A model generated the notes under the pieces. That model was not told the DNA's origin and made no database searches. It saw only the letters and a list, made by a program, of their open reading frames with translations. A DNA stretch of 64,000 nt from Octopus sinensis. Its lineage: Eukaryota. The stretch is taken from NCBI RefSeq assembly GCF_006345805.1, contig NC_043011.1, positions 61,950,464-62,014,463 of the forward strand, written 5' to 3'. A program made the position numbers and the translations under genes. This document shows, in pieces, positions 12,239-24,378 of this stretch; the stretch's first letter is position 1, and every line of letters starts with the position of its first letter.

Positions 12239-12265
12239 ATACTCACACACACATATATATATGTA
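11626..12265. repeat. Compound TA/CA microsatellite with an internal ~290-bp direct duplication
   Basis: ATGCACATGCATTATCGGTGTGTTTGTATGCA occurs near 11850 and again near 12140. Confidence 0.85.
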
Positions 12266-12996
12266 TATATCCGAAAATAGGAAAGAATTTATTGCATCAG
12301 CAGAACAACTTTGGAAATGAATAAAAGAATTCCCAAAATGAAAATATCTTTATTGGTTCTGCACCATTGCTGCACCATCCCCCCACCCCCACCCCCAATC
12401 TACCCGTCCATTCCCTCTCTGCTTTTCTGCACACCCCCCATCTATCCCGCTACTTTTCCACCCCGCCACCATGACCACCTTCACTCTAACCCCTCTAAAC
12501 TAATATTCCTACCTTCAGTCTCATTCTGCTAAAAATAGCAGCCAAACTCCCTTTAATAAAAAGAAGTCCTTCTCCTCTGCCCTGCCACCGCCACTTCGCC
12601 TCCACACCACTACCTCCTTAGTATATCTCCATCACCACAACCACCACCACCATGACCACCACCTCCACCTCTACCATCAACCTCCCAAAACCGCCCACAA
12701 CCTCCACCACCATCTACACCACTACGAACACCACCACCATCATCACAAACACCACTACCAATACCATCACCATTATAACCACCACCACCACCTCCACCAT
12801 CACCACCACCACCACCACCACCACCTTATATATATATTTCTTTGTTTTTTTCGTTGTTCGAAAAAAATGTTCGTTTTCTGTTTTTCTTTTTATGTTTTCG
12901 TTTCTCATTGTGTTCACGTGTTTTTTTGATGTCTGTACCCATATATGCATGTATATATACATATATGTAGGTATGTACATATGTGTATGTATATAT

Positions 12997-13050
12997 GCGG
13001 TTGGTGCCCCAGCATGGCCGCGGCTTCGGGCTAAAACATTTTTAAGGATA
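12997..13050 (+). mobile_element. ~50-bp 3'-terminal stub of the CR1-like LINE at 10552-11625
   Basis: GCGGTTGGTGCCCCAGCATGGCCGCGGCTTCGGGCTAAAACATTTTTAAG, nearly identical to the tail at 10555-10598; embedded in (TA)n. Confidence 0.85.
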
Positions 13051-13052
13051 TA

Positions 13053-13084
<32 letters not shown>

Positions 13085-13131
13085 TATATTATATATATAA
13101 TATATATACATACATACATATATATATAATA

Positions 13132-13238
<107 letters not shown>

Positions 13239-13287
13239 GAGAGAGGAGGAGAGAGAGAGAAAGATAGATAGATAGATAGAGATAGAT

Positions 13288-13334
<47 letters not shown>

Positions 13335-13744
13335 GATACAGCTTTCCGTTTACTCGAAGAGCCGCTAATAGGGTCAACCATGGAACCCCATAGAGCCAAG
13401 ATCACCCTCATTACAAAGGACATTTGTCCCCGCCCGACTGTTGTCCTCCGAATTCTTTCTATTAAAAGCGAATTTTTTTGGTGAAGGAGTCTTGTCGATT
13501 ATATCGACCTCAGTACGCAGCTGGTTCTTATTTTATCAACCCTGGGAGGATAAAAAGCAAAGCTGACCTAAGCTAAAAAGTTGTTGGGAGAAGCCCGCTA
13601 AGCATTTTGTCTGTCTCGTTAATGATTCCGCCACCTCCATTAATAATACCTTTCTGTTTTTTCATTGACTACAAGGACCAAAAGAGCATCCCACTTAGGA
13701 TATTACAAAAACAACGGTCACTTTACAAATACACGTGTGATATA

Positions 13745-13915
13745 GGCGCGGGCGTGGCCGTGTGGTAAGTAACTTGCTTGCCAGCCACATGGTTTCGGGT
13801 TCAGTTCCACTGTGTGACACCTTGGGCAAGTGTCTTCTACTATAGCCTCGGGTTGACCAAAGCCTTGTGAGTGGATTTGGTAGACGGAAACTGATAGAAG
13901 CCCGTCGTATATATC
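13745..13915 (+). mobile_element. SINE family A, 5' half
   Basis: GGCGCGGGCGTGGCCGTGTGGTAAGTAACTTGC...GAAGCCCGTCG. Confidence 0.85.
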
Positions 13916-14320
13916 TTGTCGTAACTGTCCACCACATTCATATTCGGCTTGGTCTCTCAGAACCCTATTTATATTGCTGTTTCTCTCTTTCTATCTCGCT
14001 GCAATTTGCATGAGACATTTGTTTGCCTTGCATATCCTGTCCATTTCATGATCATTATCAATTTACAGACTGTGAAACTCGACTCAGTGTATTGTCTTGA
14101 AGTAGATCATTCTCTTCTTAAGATACTTTAACCAGACTGTCATGTCTAGCAGAAACTGAATCCTATTCTTTATGCCTTCGTGCGTATTCAGACATTTGTT
14201 TCGGTCGTTTTATTTCGATTTTCTCAGATCCATTTGTCCTTCCCTATATAGTTGGTAAGGGGTCACTATTATAGATATTTTACTACTCATAGCTATCATC
14301 GTTCGGCATTCCGGCCCCCG

Positions 14321-14863
14321 AATTTTTTCCCACGAGAGTTCCGGACCCAGTTGTGAACTCATTTGCATACAGCCAATCAGAGCTCAACTATCAAACTGAT
14401 TTATGAGCGCATAACAAGTGATGGGCGATGAGGTAAGGTCACTTGGGTAAGGAATGACCATGTTTCTTTACTCTTTTAAGAATGCTTGTTGTTCTTGTTC
14501 TGGTTTCAACCATGGTTGCCTCTGCGTAGTTATTTGTGTTGTTGTTTACTTTGTAAAACAGCAAGGGGAGAGGGTTGCTAGCACATCACCCTCTACCCAC
14601 ATTTTCACCATCCACATATTTACCATATGGGGCCCTAACAAAAATCCGATAACAGGTATAGATGCAAACCCATCCAATTACTTGTCTCCTTATAAAACCA
14701 GGCATAACTTGGCGATCGTTCTACTTACAACACCAGTCTTCGTCTTGAGTTTCCTTGGTAGAGTGTGTTTGTTAACTTGACAACTAGGTCAAGGTGACCT
14801 CCGATTGCCTGTATGCAAATGAGTTTGTTACTGGAGTCCGGAACTCTCGTGGGGAAAAAAATT
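14321..14863. promoter_or_regulatory. Inverted pair of ~62-bp motif cassettes (Ets-like CCGGAA, octamer ATTTGCAT, CCAAT in the left copy); TIR pair or regulatory element
   Basis: 14321-14382 TTTTTTCCCACGAGAGTTCCGGACCCAGTTGTGAACTCATTTGCATACAGCCAATCAGAG versus reverse complement of 14799-14863 TTTTTTCCCCACGAGAGTTCCGGACTCCAGTAACAAACTCATTTGCATACAGGCAATCGGAG. Confidence 0.5.
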
Positions 14864-15204
14864 TCACTTCCGGTCCATTTCGATGTCTACCTATTAGAGA
14901 CTTATATTGGATCGCCTATGGTAAGTAGCCTCTTAACTTCGTCCACCCCCTCCTCTGCTATTTTTCATAACTTTGTTTCTCTCTGTTTGACATCATAGTT
15001 TTGCTCCTTGTCTTCCAAACTTTACGGGTCTTTGTCATTTTGCTATCAGAATAAGGTGACTTGGTGCAGAGATGATTTGGCCAGGGCATCCGACCTTTGA
15101 CAGTACTTTTTGGCACTGGCGGCAGACATGCACACATACTTGCGCTTGCGTGCGTACAGAAGTATTCATTTACAGCTAGAAAGAGAGAGAAAGAACGACT
15201 TATG

Positions 15205-15345
15205 TATGTTTGCGTGTGAGTGTGAGTGGAGTGGAGCAACGTGAAATAAAATGTCTTGCTCGAGACACACGGGCCAGCCTGGGAATCGAACTCACTACTT
15301 CGTGATTGTGAGCCTGACTCTCTAACCACTGAGCCATGCGTCTTC
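15205..15345 (-). mobile_element. SINE family E head (tRNA-like)
   Basis: GCATGGCTCAGTGGTTAGAG (A box) and GAGTTCGATTCCC (B box), followed by GAGCAAGACATTTTATTTCACGTTGCTCC; no acceptor stem, so not a tRNA gene. Confidence 0.85.
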
Positions 15346-15640
15346 ATTATATATATATATATATATATATATCTATATATATGCATATATGCTCGAAATA
15401 AGGAGTAGATAGACAGCCGACAAACTGAATGAGGCCCTGTGTTTGTCCTGTTTTTTCCATTTTTTTTCATGTTGTTTACGTATTTCATGTTGTTTGAACC
15501 GTTGGTGACGTCCTGTACACATATAGGCATGTATATATATAATATAATATATTATATATATATATATATAAATATATATATACTATATATTATTTACTAT
15601 TTATGATATATACATATTATATATAAATACACACACACAA

Positions 15641-15678
<38 letters not shown>

Positions 15679-15712
15679 TACATAATACATACATATACAT
15701 ATAATATATATA

Positions 15713-15802
<90 letters not shown>

Positions 15803-15912
15803 TATATACTCACATACATGTGTAAAATTTTTTGCTGGATATATCAGTGTTGTATGCAAAAAAATAACTACATACATACATACATACATACATACATACA
15901 TACATACATACA

Positions 15913-15943
<31 letters not shown>

Positions 15944-16164
15944 GTGCTATCTTTCACTGAACACCCGTGGAAAATGTAAGCAACGACAATTACAGAACCG
16001 AAGCAGTTTTTCTTTTTGGTGGAAAACCCTGATGATGTTTGTTCTGCACTTAGTTACCCGAGTTATAGATACTCCCCTTAACTTTCCCGTCGTCAGAAAT
16101 TCTTGGAACCATTGACTGCTCGCTGGAACTGACGAGTATAAACGGAAACAGAAGTAGACAAGTA

Positions 16165-16420
16165 TAAGGAGGAGGAGGAGGGGGAGGAGGAGGAGGAGAT
16201 AGAAAAAGGAGAGGAAGAGGAGGAAGAGGTAGAAGAAGAAGAAGAAGAGAAGAAGAAGAAGAAGAAGAAGAAGAAGGAAAAGAAGGAAAAGAAGGAAAAG
16301 AAAAAAAGGAGAAAAAGAAAAAAAGAAGAAAAAGAAAGAAGAAAAAGGAGAGGGGAGAGGGAAATAGAAGAGAGTAAACGAAAAAGAAAGTAATAATAAA
16401 GAAAAGTAAAAAAAGAACGA
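16165..16420. repeat. Purine-rich (GAA/GGA) low-complexity tract
   Basis: Direct reading. Confidence 0.9.
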
Positions 16421-16439
16421 GGAGTGGGTGGGAATTTTC

Positions 16440-16616
16440 AAAATCTATAAATTCGGCAAATTGAGAAAAAAAATGGGATTGGCAGAGCGGACGGATTGAT
16501 AATTTATGTTACAGTTGGTCTTCCATAGTTGAGTTGATTCACGCCCTTCTCAGAAAAGTGAAATAAGTCAGAAATCGTTTCGGGATCTTTCAAAGTTGTT
16601 ACAAAAGGGGGTAAAG
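16440..16616 (+). promoter_or_regulatory. Candidate promoter/first exon ending at a strong splice donor (GGG|GTAAGA at 16610/16611)
   Basis: Unique CpG-containing sequence downstream of a purine tract, with a consensus donor. No transcript evidence. Confidence 0.25.
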
Positions 16617-16716
16617 AATACAAAAAAAAAAAAAAACGAACGAAAAAAGGGGACACAAAGGACCTGGGCTGGCTGTAAACTTATCCACAAAACGATACAA
16701 ATACATCTTCGTCGCA

Positions 16717-16748
<32 letters not shown>

Positions 16749-18251
16749 CTTTCTTTCTTTCTTTTTCTTCTTTCTTTCTTCTTCCTTCCTTCCTTCCTCC
16801 CTTCCTTTCTGTGTACCCTGTCGAAGCAGACAGTCAGTTGGAGCAAATAGTAACGGTGGAGTACCCGACACAATGAATTAACGGGAAAATACGATTCAAG
16901 AGCTGTATTTATCAATGACCAAAGCGAAGTAACTATTATTATTATTATTATTGCTTTTTCTCCCCTGACACCTACACAAAGCCTGAAACTTTTAGAATCG
17001 AGGCCTACAGTCGATGAAAATCGATCCAACTGTGCAGTTTACCGCCAGTTCATTTGATCGATCCTAGAACGGATAATATTGATTTGTGCGAAAACAGAGG
17101 CCCAGAGCCTTTCTCTTTTTTTTTTTTATTTAGTATATTTTCGTTTAAAAACAATATACAAGGGAATGATATCGGTTTCTTTAATGGACCACAACAGGTT
17201 CTCACGAAAAATACGGTAAATATGTTTTTAACGCATTTAAAAGGTTGATAAAAACGAAATCTTATTTCAAAATTATTTCAAAACTTGTTCAAAATGAGGC
17301 AAAACTTCAGAGAAAAACATCGGAGGAAAGTTTTATATGTCAAGACAGAGTTTGTATATAAAACTACTTGACACTTGGAGAATTCTAAGAAGGAAGCTTG
17401 TTGTTGAGGTTGTGTGTTTGTTGTTGTTACCGGTTTGGTATTAGTGTTTGTGGGTATATATAACTATATACATATATAAGTGTGTGTGTGTCTGTGCGCG
17501 CACGATTCAATTATAGTAAGTTTGAAGGATAAGAGATTGTAACTCTCTACATACATACATACATACATACGTACACAGATACGTATATACATACATACAT
17601 ACATACGACACGCATACACACACAACACACACACACACACGAGTTGATTTTCTTGTGCTGTGCACATGTAAAAGTGTATACTCGCCAGTTGTAAAATATT
17701 AAGTGCCCGTGGATATATACATATATCTTTATCTGAGTATATATACATACATACACATACACACATATATATATACACACATATATATTTCAACTCGCAC
17801 TTTTTCTTCAAGTAGGAACCTCATGACTTCTTTAACACCACCGCAAAAAAATTATAATAATGATAAAGAAAATATATTACACAAGTGTCAGAAGAATACT
17901 ACCGCGGATTATATTTGAACTCAAGTCCTGTTCCTTTATGTGATTTCTTTAACTGAGGATCGTACCCTACCCTTAATATACCATTCTCGCTGTTGTTCAT
18001 GCTTTTGGCATCGTCCAACTCGTTGTCTGAGGCGTCGTCGTCCCACAAAGGTTAGTCGAAGAATTTCTTGTATTTTAGTAAAATTTTTCGTTTTTGTTCA
18101 TACGTACCCACACGTCTGCATACAAACACACACACACACACACACACACTCACTCACAAACATGTATACACGCACAGACAAATATGCATAGAGACACACT
18201 TATACACATATACATACGTACCCGTATACATACAAAGTCACTTACTTATAT

Positions 18252-18560
18252 ATATTTTATAATTAGGGTTCAGCAAAGATTTGCTTTACCACATACCGAA
18301 GTTTAGAAATAGCAGCCAAAGAACCTTAGCTATTTCCTCTACTTTAAAAAGAGACTCCCGGACAAAAACAAAGTACTCGAAAATACCGATTGATTTGCTT
18401 TATTTTCCCTCTCTGTCTGCGTGGCTTGTTTTCGAGTACTTTGTTTTTGTCTGGGAGTCTCTTCTTAAAGTAGAGGAAATAGCTAAGTTTCTGTGGCTGC
18501 TATTTCTAAACTTCGGTATGTGGTAAAGCAAATATTTGCTGAACCCTAATTATAAAATAT
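18252..18560. mobile_element. Fold-back MITE, ~132-bp arms (~5 mismatches) around a ~45-bp spacer
   Basis: TTAGGGTTCAGCAAAGATTTGCTTTACCACATACCGAAG...GTACTCGAAAA mirrored by TTTTCGAGTAC...GCTGAACCCTAA. TAGGG ends are hAT-like; flanks are wTTATAAw. Confidence 0.9.
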
Positions 18561-19017
18561 TACTTAAGTTTACCGAGAAATGGTCCTTTTTCATGCCGAA
18601 TTCTACTTGGTGAAATTATTGATTACTAGTTAATTAATTAATTTTACCCTTTGTTATTATATATATATACATACAGACATACATAAAGAAACATACATAC
18701 ATTCTGTATGCACAAACATGCGTGTATGGTAGTTGTTGTAGTGATGCCGTTTTATTAAAATTAATTGTAGCATGCTTGCCGAAGACTGTGCCATTGGATT
18801 TTCCTATTCTATATTCATGGGATTTATTAAGTTTATTTAAATTTTTCTATTTAACTCTGGATTTAAACTAAAAGTTGAAAATAAGGAAAATACACACATA
18901 CACACTCACACACACACACACGTAAATATATACAGACACACAGAGAGGCACGAACACAGACAGTCACCCAAATATACACATATATATACACATTTATAAA
19001 TACATTCATACACACTC

Positions 19018-19056
<39 letters not shown>

Positions 19057-19144
19057 GAAATACAAGTTTTGTGTGTCTTAGGTTCCGGTTTGCAAAACAC
19101 TGAAGTTTTAGAAGACAGGCCGAATGAGCACTACAGTGTGTGTG

Positions 19145-19183
<39 letters not shown>

Positions 19184-19188
19184 GTCTG

Positions 19189-19245
<57 letters not shown>

Positions 19246-19739
19246 ATGTTAATGTATCTAGCGTATATACGTATGTATATCCATGTATTTTACATACAAT
19301 ATACGTATACTTACATAGAAAAACAAATAAATATATATGTGTATACCTCATACCCTTACATATCTCTACATCATATATTTCCACACACACACAGATCCCC
19401 TATTTAAATCGGCTTTCACTTATTAACGCCACAAAAACGGCATTTGGCGGATTGGGTGATGCAAAACCTGTCATGAGGGTGACAGAAAAAATCGAATGGT
19501 ATTAAACTGTAAAATTAAAAAAATAGCTACAGAAGGTGCAGGTAAACTGTACCCCAACCCTACGGAATATACCGTAATGAAAAATATATATAGGACTGTA
19601 TACATAAGGAGGTCCTGAAATGAGAAACCGCCAATTTTGTTTTTTTTAGGGATCAGCAGTGAAGAAAGTTATCTCAATACCACGCTGTATATACCGTAGA
19701 CCTATATATATGCATATACATATATACATACATACATAC

Positions 19740-19773
<34 letters not shown>

Positions 19774-19774
<1 letters not shown>

Positions 19775-19970
19775 AAACGTTAGCACGCCGGGCGAAATGC
19801 TTAGCAGTATTTCGTCTGTCTTTACGTTCTGAGTTCGAATTCCGCTGAGGTCGACTCTGCCTTTCTTCCTTTCGGGGTCGATAAATTAAGTACCAGTTGC
19901 ATACTGAGGTCGATCTAATAAACTGGTCCCCTCCCCCAAAATTTCGGGCCTTGTGCCAAGAGTAGAAAAG
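19774..19970 (+). mobile_element. SINE family C
   Basis: ACGTTAGCACGCCGGGCGAAATGCTTAGC...TTCGGGGTCGATAAATTAAGTACCAG. Confidence 0.85.
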
Positions 19971-19994
19971 TATATATATATATATATATATATA

Positions 19995-20375
19995 GGCGTG
20001 GCTGTGTAGTAAGTAGCTTGCTTCCTTCCCAACCACATGCTTCTGGGTACAGTCCCACTGCGTGGTACCTTGGGCAAGTGTCTTCTACTACAGCCTCGGG
20101 CCGACCAAAGCCTGGTGAGCGAATTTGGTAGACGGAAACTGAAAGAAGCCCCTCGTATATGTCTGTGTGTCTGTGTTTGTCCCCCCGACCATCGCTTGAC
20201 AACCGATATTGGTGTTTATATCCCCGTGACTTAGCAGTTTCGACAAAACAGACCGATAGAAAAAGGACTAGGCTTGCAAAGAATAAGTCCTGGCCTCGAT
20301 TTGTTCGACTAAACTCTTCAGGGTGGTGCCCCAGCATGGCCACTGACTGAAACAAGTAAAAATAAAAAATAAAAT
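19995..20375 (+). mobile_element. SINE family A
   Basis: Head, core and tail as at 4771-5205. Confidence 0.9.
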
Positions 20376-20689
20376 GATTATACTGAAGGGGTCCCAGACG
20401 CGTTCAGGATATTTTTTCTTTTGTACACTTCTGCCGGTTATTGTTATCTAAACAGCTGCTCAGCCACCCTGCGACAAAGTGAAGTCGTTTGTCTGATTAT
20501 CATATTTACATTTTCTCTGTGTTTTTTCTTTTATACTGAATCTTGTTCGTTGCCCGAACAAGATTATTTAGGGCAGGAGACGGGGCGATGTGATTGGTGC
20601 TCACCGTGGCTCTTGTGTCCCGTTGAAATGAAAACTTACAATTAAATAGGTTCAAAGTTATAAACCATCCCGTCTCTTATTCACACATC

Positions 20690-20732
<43 letters not shown>

Positions 20733-20804
20733 ATCTTATCTGTTTATATATCTAATGTATTGAAAGCGTGTACAATACATGTATGCATGTGTGTGTATGT
20801 AATT

Positions 20805-20843
20805 CGATGAAGGCTAAACAAGCCGAAACTTCGAAGTTACTGG
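20805..20843 (+). ncRNA. Degenerate hammerhead-like motif (core damaged, 5' stem I missing)
   Basis: CGATGA-A-GGCT-AAACA-AGCC-GAAA-CTTCGAAG-TT; stem II and the palindromic stem III are intact. Confidence 0.4.
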
Positions 20844-21098
20844 TAATCTACTTTCTGTGTACTCGAGTTTAATGTAAAATTGTTTTTTTATTTTGTTTTT
20901 GTATTTGGTTTGCAAGATTCCTTATGTGAATTCGTGTGTTGAAGCATATTTTATTGTGCCTGGGGCGAGTCATTCTCTTTTATGCCTTATTAATTTAACG
21001 CACTCACCGGTCTGATTTCCACTCATGACACAAAAATGTACGTATACGCGTGTATATATATATGCATGTGTGTATATATGTATATGTATACATGGGTG

Positions 21099-21371
21099 GG
21101 TACTACTAGCGAACAATGGTCCCGGTGCGCGCACTCGCGTAGTCGCGCATCCGCGCTAGCTAGTCGTGACTTGTTGATCCTAAAACGACTACCTAGCAAA
21201 GTAAATAAAACACAAAATAAATAGTTTTTTTACACAAAGTAAGTAATTTTTGTTAAACAAAGTAAATAAAACACAAAAACACAAAGTAAGGATCGACTAG
21301 TCACGACTAGCAAGCGCGGATGCGCGAGGACGCGAGTGCGCGCAGCGGGACCATTCTTCATAAGTAGTACC
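21099..21371. mobile_element. MITE with ~83-bp CpG-rich TIRs and an A-rich interior
   Basis: GGTACTACTAGCGAACAATGGTCCCGGTGCGCGCACTCGCG... mirrored at 21290-21371. Interior repeats CAAAGTAAATAAAACACAAAA twice. No TSD found. Confidence 0.85.
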
Positions 21372-22930
21372 TATATAAGCTTGCCCAAGACAGAAATTTG
21401 GCTGCTATTTCTAGCATCTCGAGCGATCGCGTATAGGGTTTCTTCGTTTGTGGCTTCAATTAAGGTGAGTGTCCTACACAATTAAGTCAGGTGTTAGTGA
21501 GGTTGATTAGGAAACAAAGATCAAATTATGGTGTGACTCCAAACCTGATGGTGTGACTCTGATCATAATTTTGTAGCTTCCTCCCGTGTTTGCTGCTCTT
21601 TGTGGGGTTAAGTAGTAAATAAGGCGGGGTTTCTTCCCCAAACGAGGTGACAAGTAAAGTAGGGGTCAGATGTCGGTCGCGACGCTGACAACAACCGCAA
21701 ACGCTGGCTCACTGACACATGCGTAAGCATGAATGAGGATGCTTCGATGCGGTCTGCTCGACTGCTTGAAATAGCAGCCAAATTTCCCTCAAGTCACATA
21801 CTACAGTCTTACTAATGAAAAGGATAATTTAGATAATAAATTCCAATGTTTTTCAAAACAGACGGGATGGTCACAGTTAGATTGCCTTTGATCAACAGGT
21901 ATTTCTTTCGACGAGGACTGCTCTGGGATTGAACTTCAGCACAAGTTTTACAAAGGACAAATATTGTTTTAGTGAACCTGAATATATTACTGGTATTTTG
22001 TTTACGGATTCCAGAAGCTCTGTACAGCTGTTTGTACCATGCTAGAAATAGCAGCCAAATATCACTCAAATCAACCTATCTTAATTAAAACAAATACAGA
22101 ACATTAAATAATATAGTTGATGTTACAGTGCCTGATTAAAATAAATATAAACGGGATGGTCACGGCTAGATAGTCTTTCAATCTGACCTGCAGGATCATG
22201 ATCGACGTGAATTTGAGGCTAAGCAACACATATCCCCATCACACGGTTCCTTCCTGATTCCACGGGGTTACCGCTATGTGGTGGCTCTGCTCTGCTAGAA
22301 ATAGCAGCCATGTCTCCCATAAGTTCAACCTACTGTTTTTTTTAAATAAGGAAGTGATACATAAGGTCATGCAGTCCTATATATGTACCCTAACGTACAC
22401 GGGGGTGATCGGGTGGGGGAGGTCGCAATTGGAATGTCTTTGATAGTAAGTTTACTTAAACTGGGTTTGAAGGTCGTCTGGGGGCTTCAACCGCAACGAT
22501 AGCAACCATAACAACCAGAGGGAACCTTTATGTGGTCGCTAAAAATAACAACGAAATCTTTCTCAGATCATACTCCACCGGTGGTCTTCAAAAAAAAAAA
22601 AACACTTTAGAATTTGAATAATGTGCTCCTGGGTTCATTGCACACAGGAGAAAAAACAGGATAGCCACGGCTGGAATGTCTTTGATTTGAGGCTACTCGA
22701 TTAGCGCTGACCTGGGGTTAAACAGCATGAGCAACAACTGTCATGACATGCAAGCGAGCGAGAGAACTGCAACTTGGTCGTGTGACCTACAGGAAATAGA
22801 AATAACAGCCAAACTTCCCTCATATCACAACTTACTAATAAAGGAAAAACAAAAAATATATGGGACAGTGTAATCTTTGAAGTATAGCAAGATGTGATGG
22901 TCACGGTTGGAGCGTCTTTCATCACTGATC
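21372..22930. mobile_element. Cluster of fragments of SINE family F (motif CTAGAAATAGCAGCCAAAT, tail CTGGGGYTAAACA..CAAC)
   Basis: Motif seen near 21395 (minus), 21770, 22040, 22290 and 22795; GGGATGGTCACRG near 21865, 22155 and 22895; also near 45300, 60275 (minus) and 63100. Confidence 0.7.
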
Positions 22931-23019
22931 ATCGAGCCAACATACACAAGTGTGCCCCTTTCGCGACTTTGTTTCCTCATAACTTTCAGATAAATGGGTA
23001 TGTCTTACAGAAATTTTCT

Positions 23020-23410
23020 CATGGCTGTGTGGTAAGAAGCTTGCTTCCCAACCACATGGTTCTGGGTTCAGTCCCACTGCATGGCACTTTGAGCAAGTAT
23101 CTTCTATCATAGCTTTGGGCCGACCAAAGCATTGTGAGTGGATTTGGTAAATGGAAACTGAAAGAAGCCCGATGCATATATATATATATATATATGTGTA
23201 TATCTATTTGTGTGTGCCTTTGTGTCTGTGTTAGTCCCCCCGCCACCATCACCGCTTGACAACCGGCGTTGGTGTGTTTATGTCCCTGAGACCAATAGAA
23301 TAAGAGTTGGGCTTACAGAGAATAAGTCCTGGGGTTGATGTATTCGACTAAAAAAATCCCTTTAAGGTGGTGCTCCAGCATGGCCGCAATCAAATGACTG
23401 AAACTTACAA
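23020..23410 (+). mobile_element. SINE family A
   Basis: Head, core, internal microsatellite and tail present. Confidence 0.9.
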
Positions 23411-24065
23411 AAGAATAGAAGTCATCTTTCAGGTGGCATAGATACATCCTGACACACATCACAGATTTTTCTCAAAATTCCAGCTTCCACTTTCTGTGTG
23501 GATATTTTTTATTCTTTTACTCGTTTCAGTTATTAGACTGATGTGATGCAGAATCCATGCCTTCTGAAAATTAATTGCAGATGAACCCCACCCACCCACC
23601 GCACCCTTCACCAACAAGACAGGATTGTCACAAGTGGAGGGCCTTTAGTTGAACCAGGAACTAAATAACAAGCACACCAAGGCACCCCCTCATTACCCAT
23701 GTATCAAAACCAAGCACAAAAAAGACCCAAAATACCGTAATTGTCTGCACGGGTCACCAACGACACAGAGAACAAGCCAATCACTGAGACCCATTGAGGC
23801 AAGTCCTCTCTCTCCATACACATCTACACAAACTGGGGCTCTGTAAATATTTGCATATGTTTTATACAGCATTTTTATGCATTTTTATCTCTCTCTATTT
23901 GTGTATTGTGGTCGTCAGTATAGTTCTGTGTGGTTTTGTGAGTTATTTGAGAAGAGGTTAGTTATAATGGAATGAAGAAGAGCTTGGGAAATCCTATCTA
24001 ACAGAAGTAACCATTTAGTTGTTGGCTGGGTTACATTTTAATAATTAACTATATAGGCTGTAAAG

Positions 24066-24378
24066 GTGCATGGCTCAGTGGTTAGAGCGTCGGACTTGCA
24101 ATCATGAGGTAGTGAGTTCAATTCTTGGACTGAACTGTGTTGTGTTCTTGAGCAAGACACTTTATTTCACATTGCTCCTCTCCATTCATCTGTTGAAATG
24201 AGTTGTGATATCACTGATACCAAACTGTATTGGCCCCTTTGCCTTCCCCTTGGATAACATGGGTGGTGGTCGACTACTGGGCTTCCACAAACAACCTTGC
24301 CTGGACTTGTGCCTTGGAGGGGAACTTTCTTGGTGCAGTCCCACGGTCCTTCATGACTGAAGGGGGTCTTTACCCTTT
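24066..24378 (+). mobile_element. SINE family E, full length, CpG-decayed
   Basis: GTGCATGGCTCAGTGGTTAGAGCG head; ends CATGACTGAAGGGGGTCTTTACCC. Confidence 0.85.

Noticed and set aside
11626-12265. Duplicated compound microsatellite as a biological element
   Set aside because: Copies differ mainly by single-base indels, consistent with slippage or long-read consensus error.
15240-15345. tRNA gene (also near 24066 and 42185)
   Set aside because: A and B boxes are present but there is no acceptor stem, and each runs into SINE body sequence.
16127-16160. CTGACGA...GGAAACAGAAGTA hammerhead-like string
   Set aside because: Stem II is only 2 bp and stem I cannot form (TGGAA versus GACAA).
19420-19506. 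Minus-strand exon after a strong acceptor (LIPFDFFCHPHDRFCITQSAKCRFCGVNK)
   Set aside because: Only weak donors, no recognisable homology and no neighbouring compatible exon.
20539-20565. Perfect 11-bp hairpin AATCTTGTTCG-TTGCC-CGAACAAGATT
   Set aside because: Too short for a pre-miRNA and near chance expectation in 64 kb of AT-rich DNA; no second copy seen.
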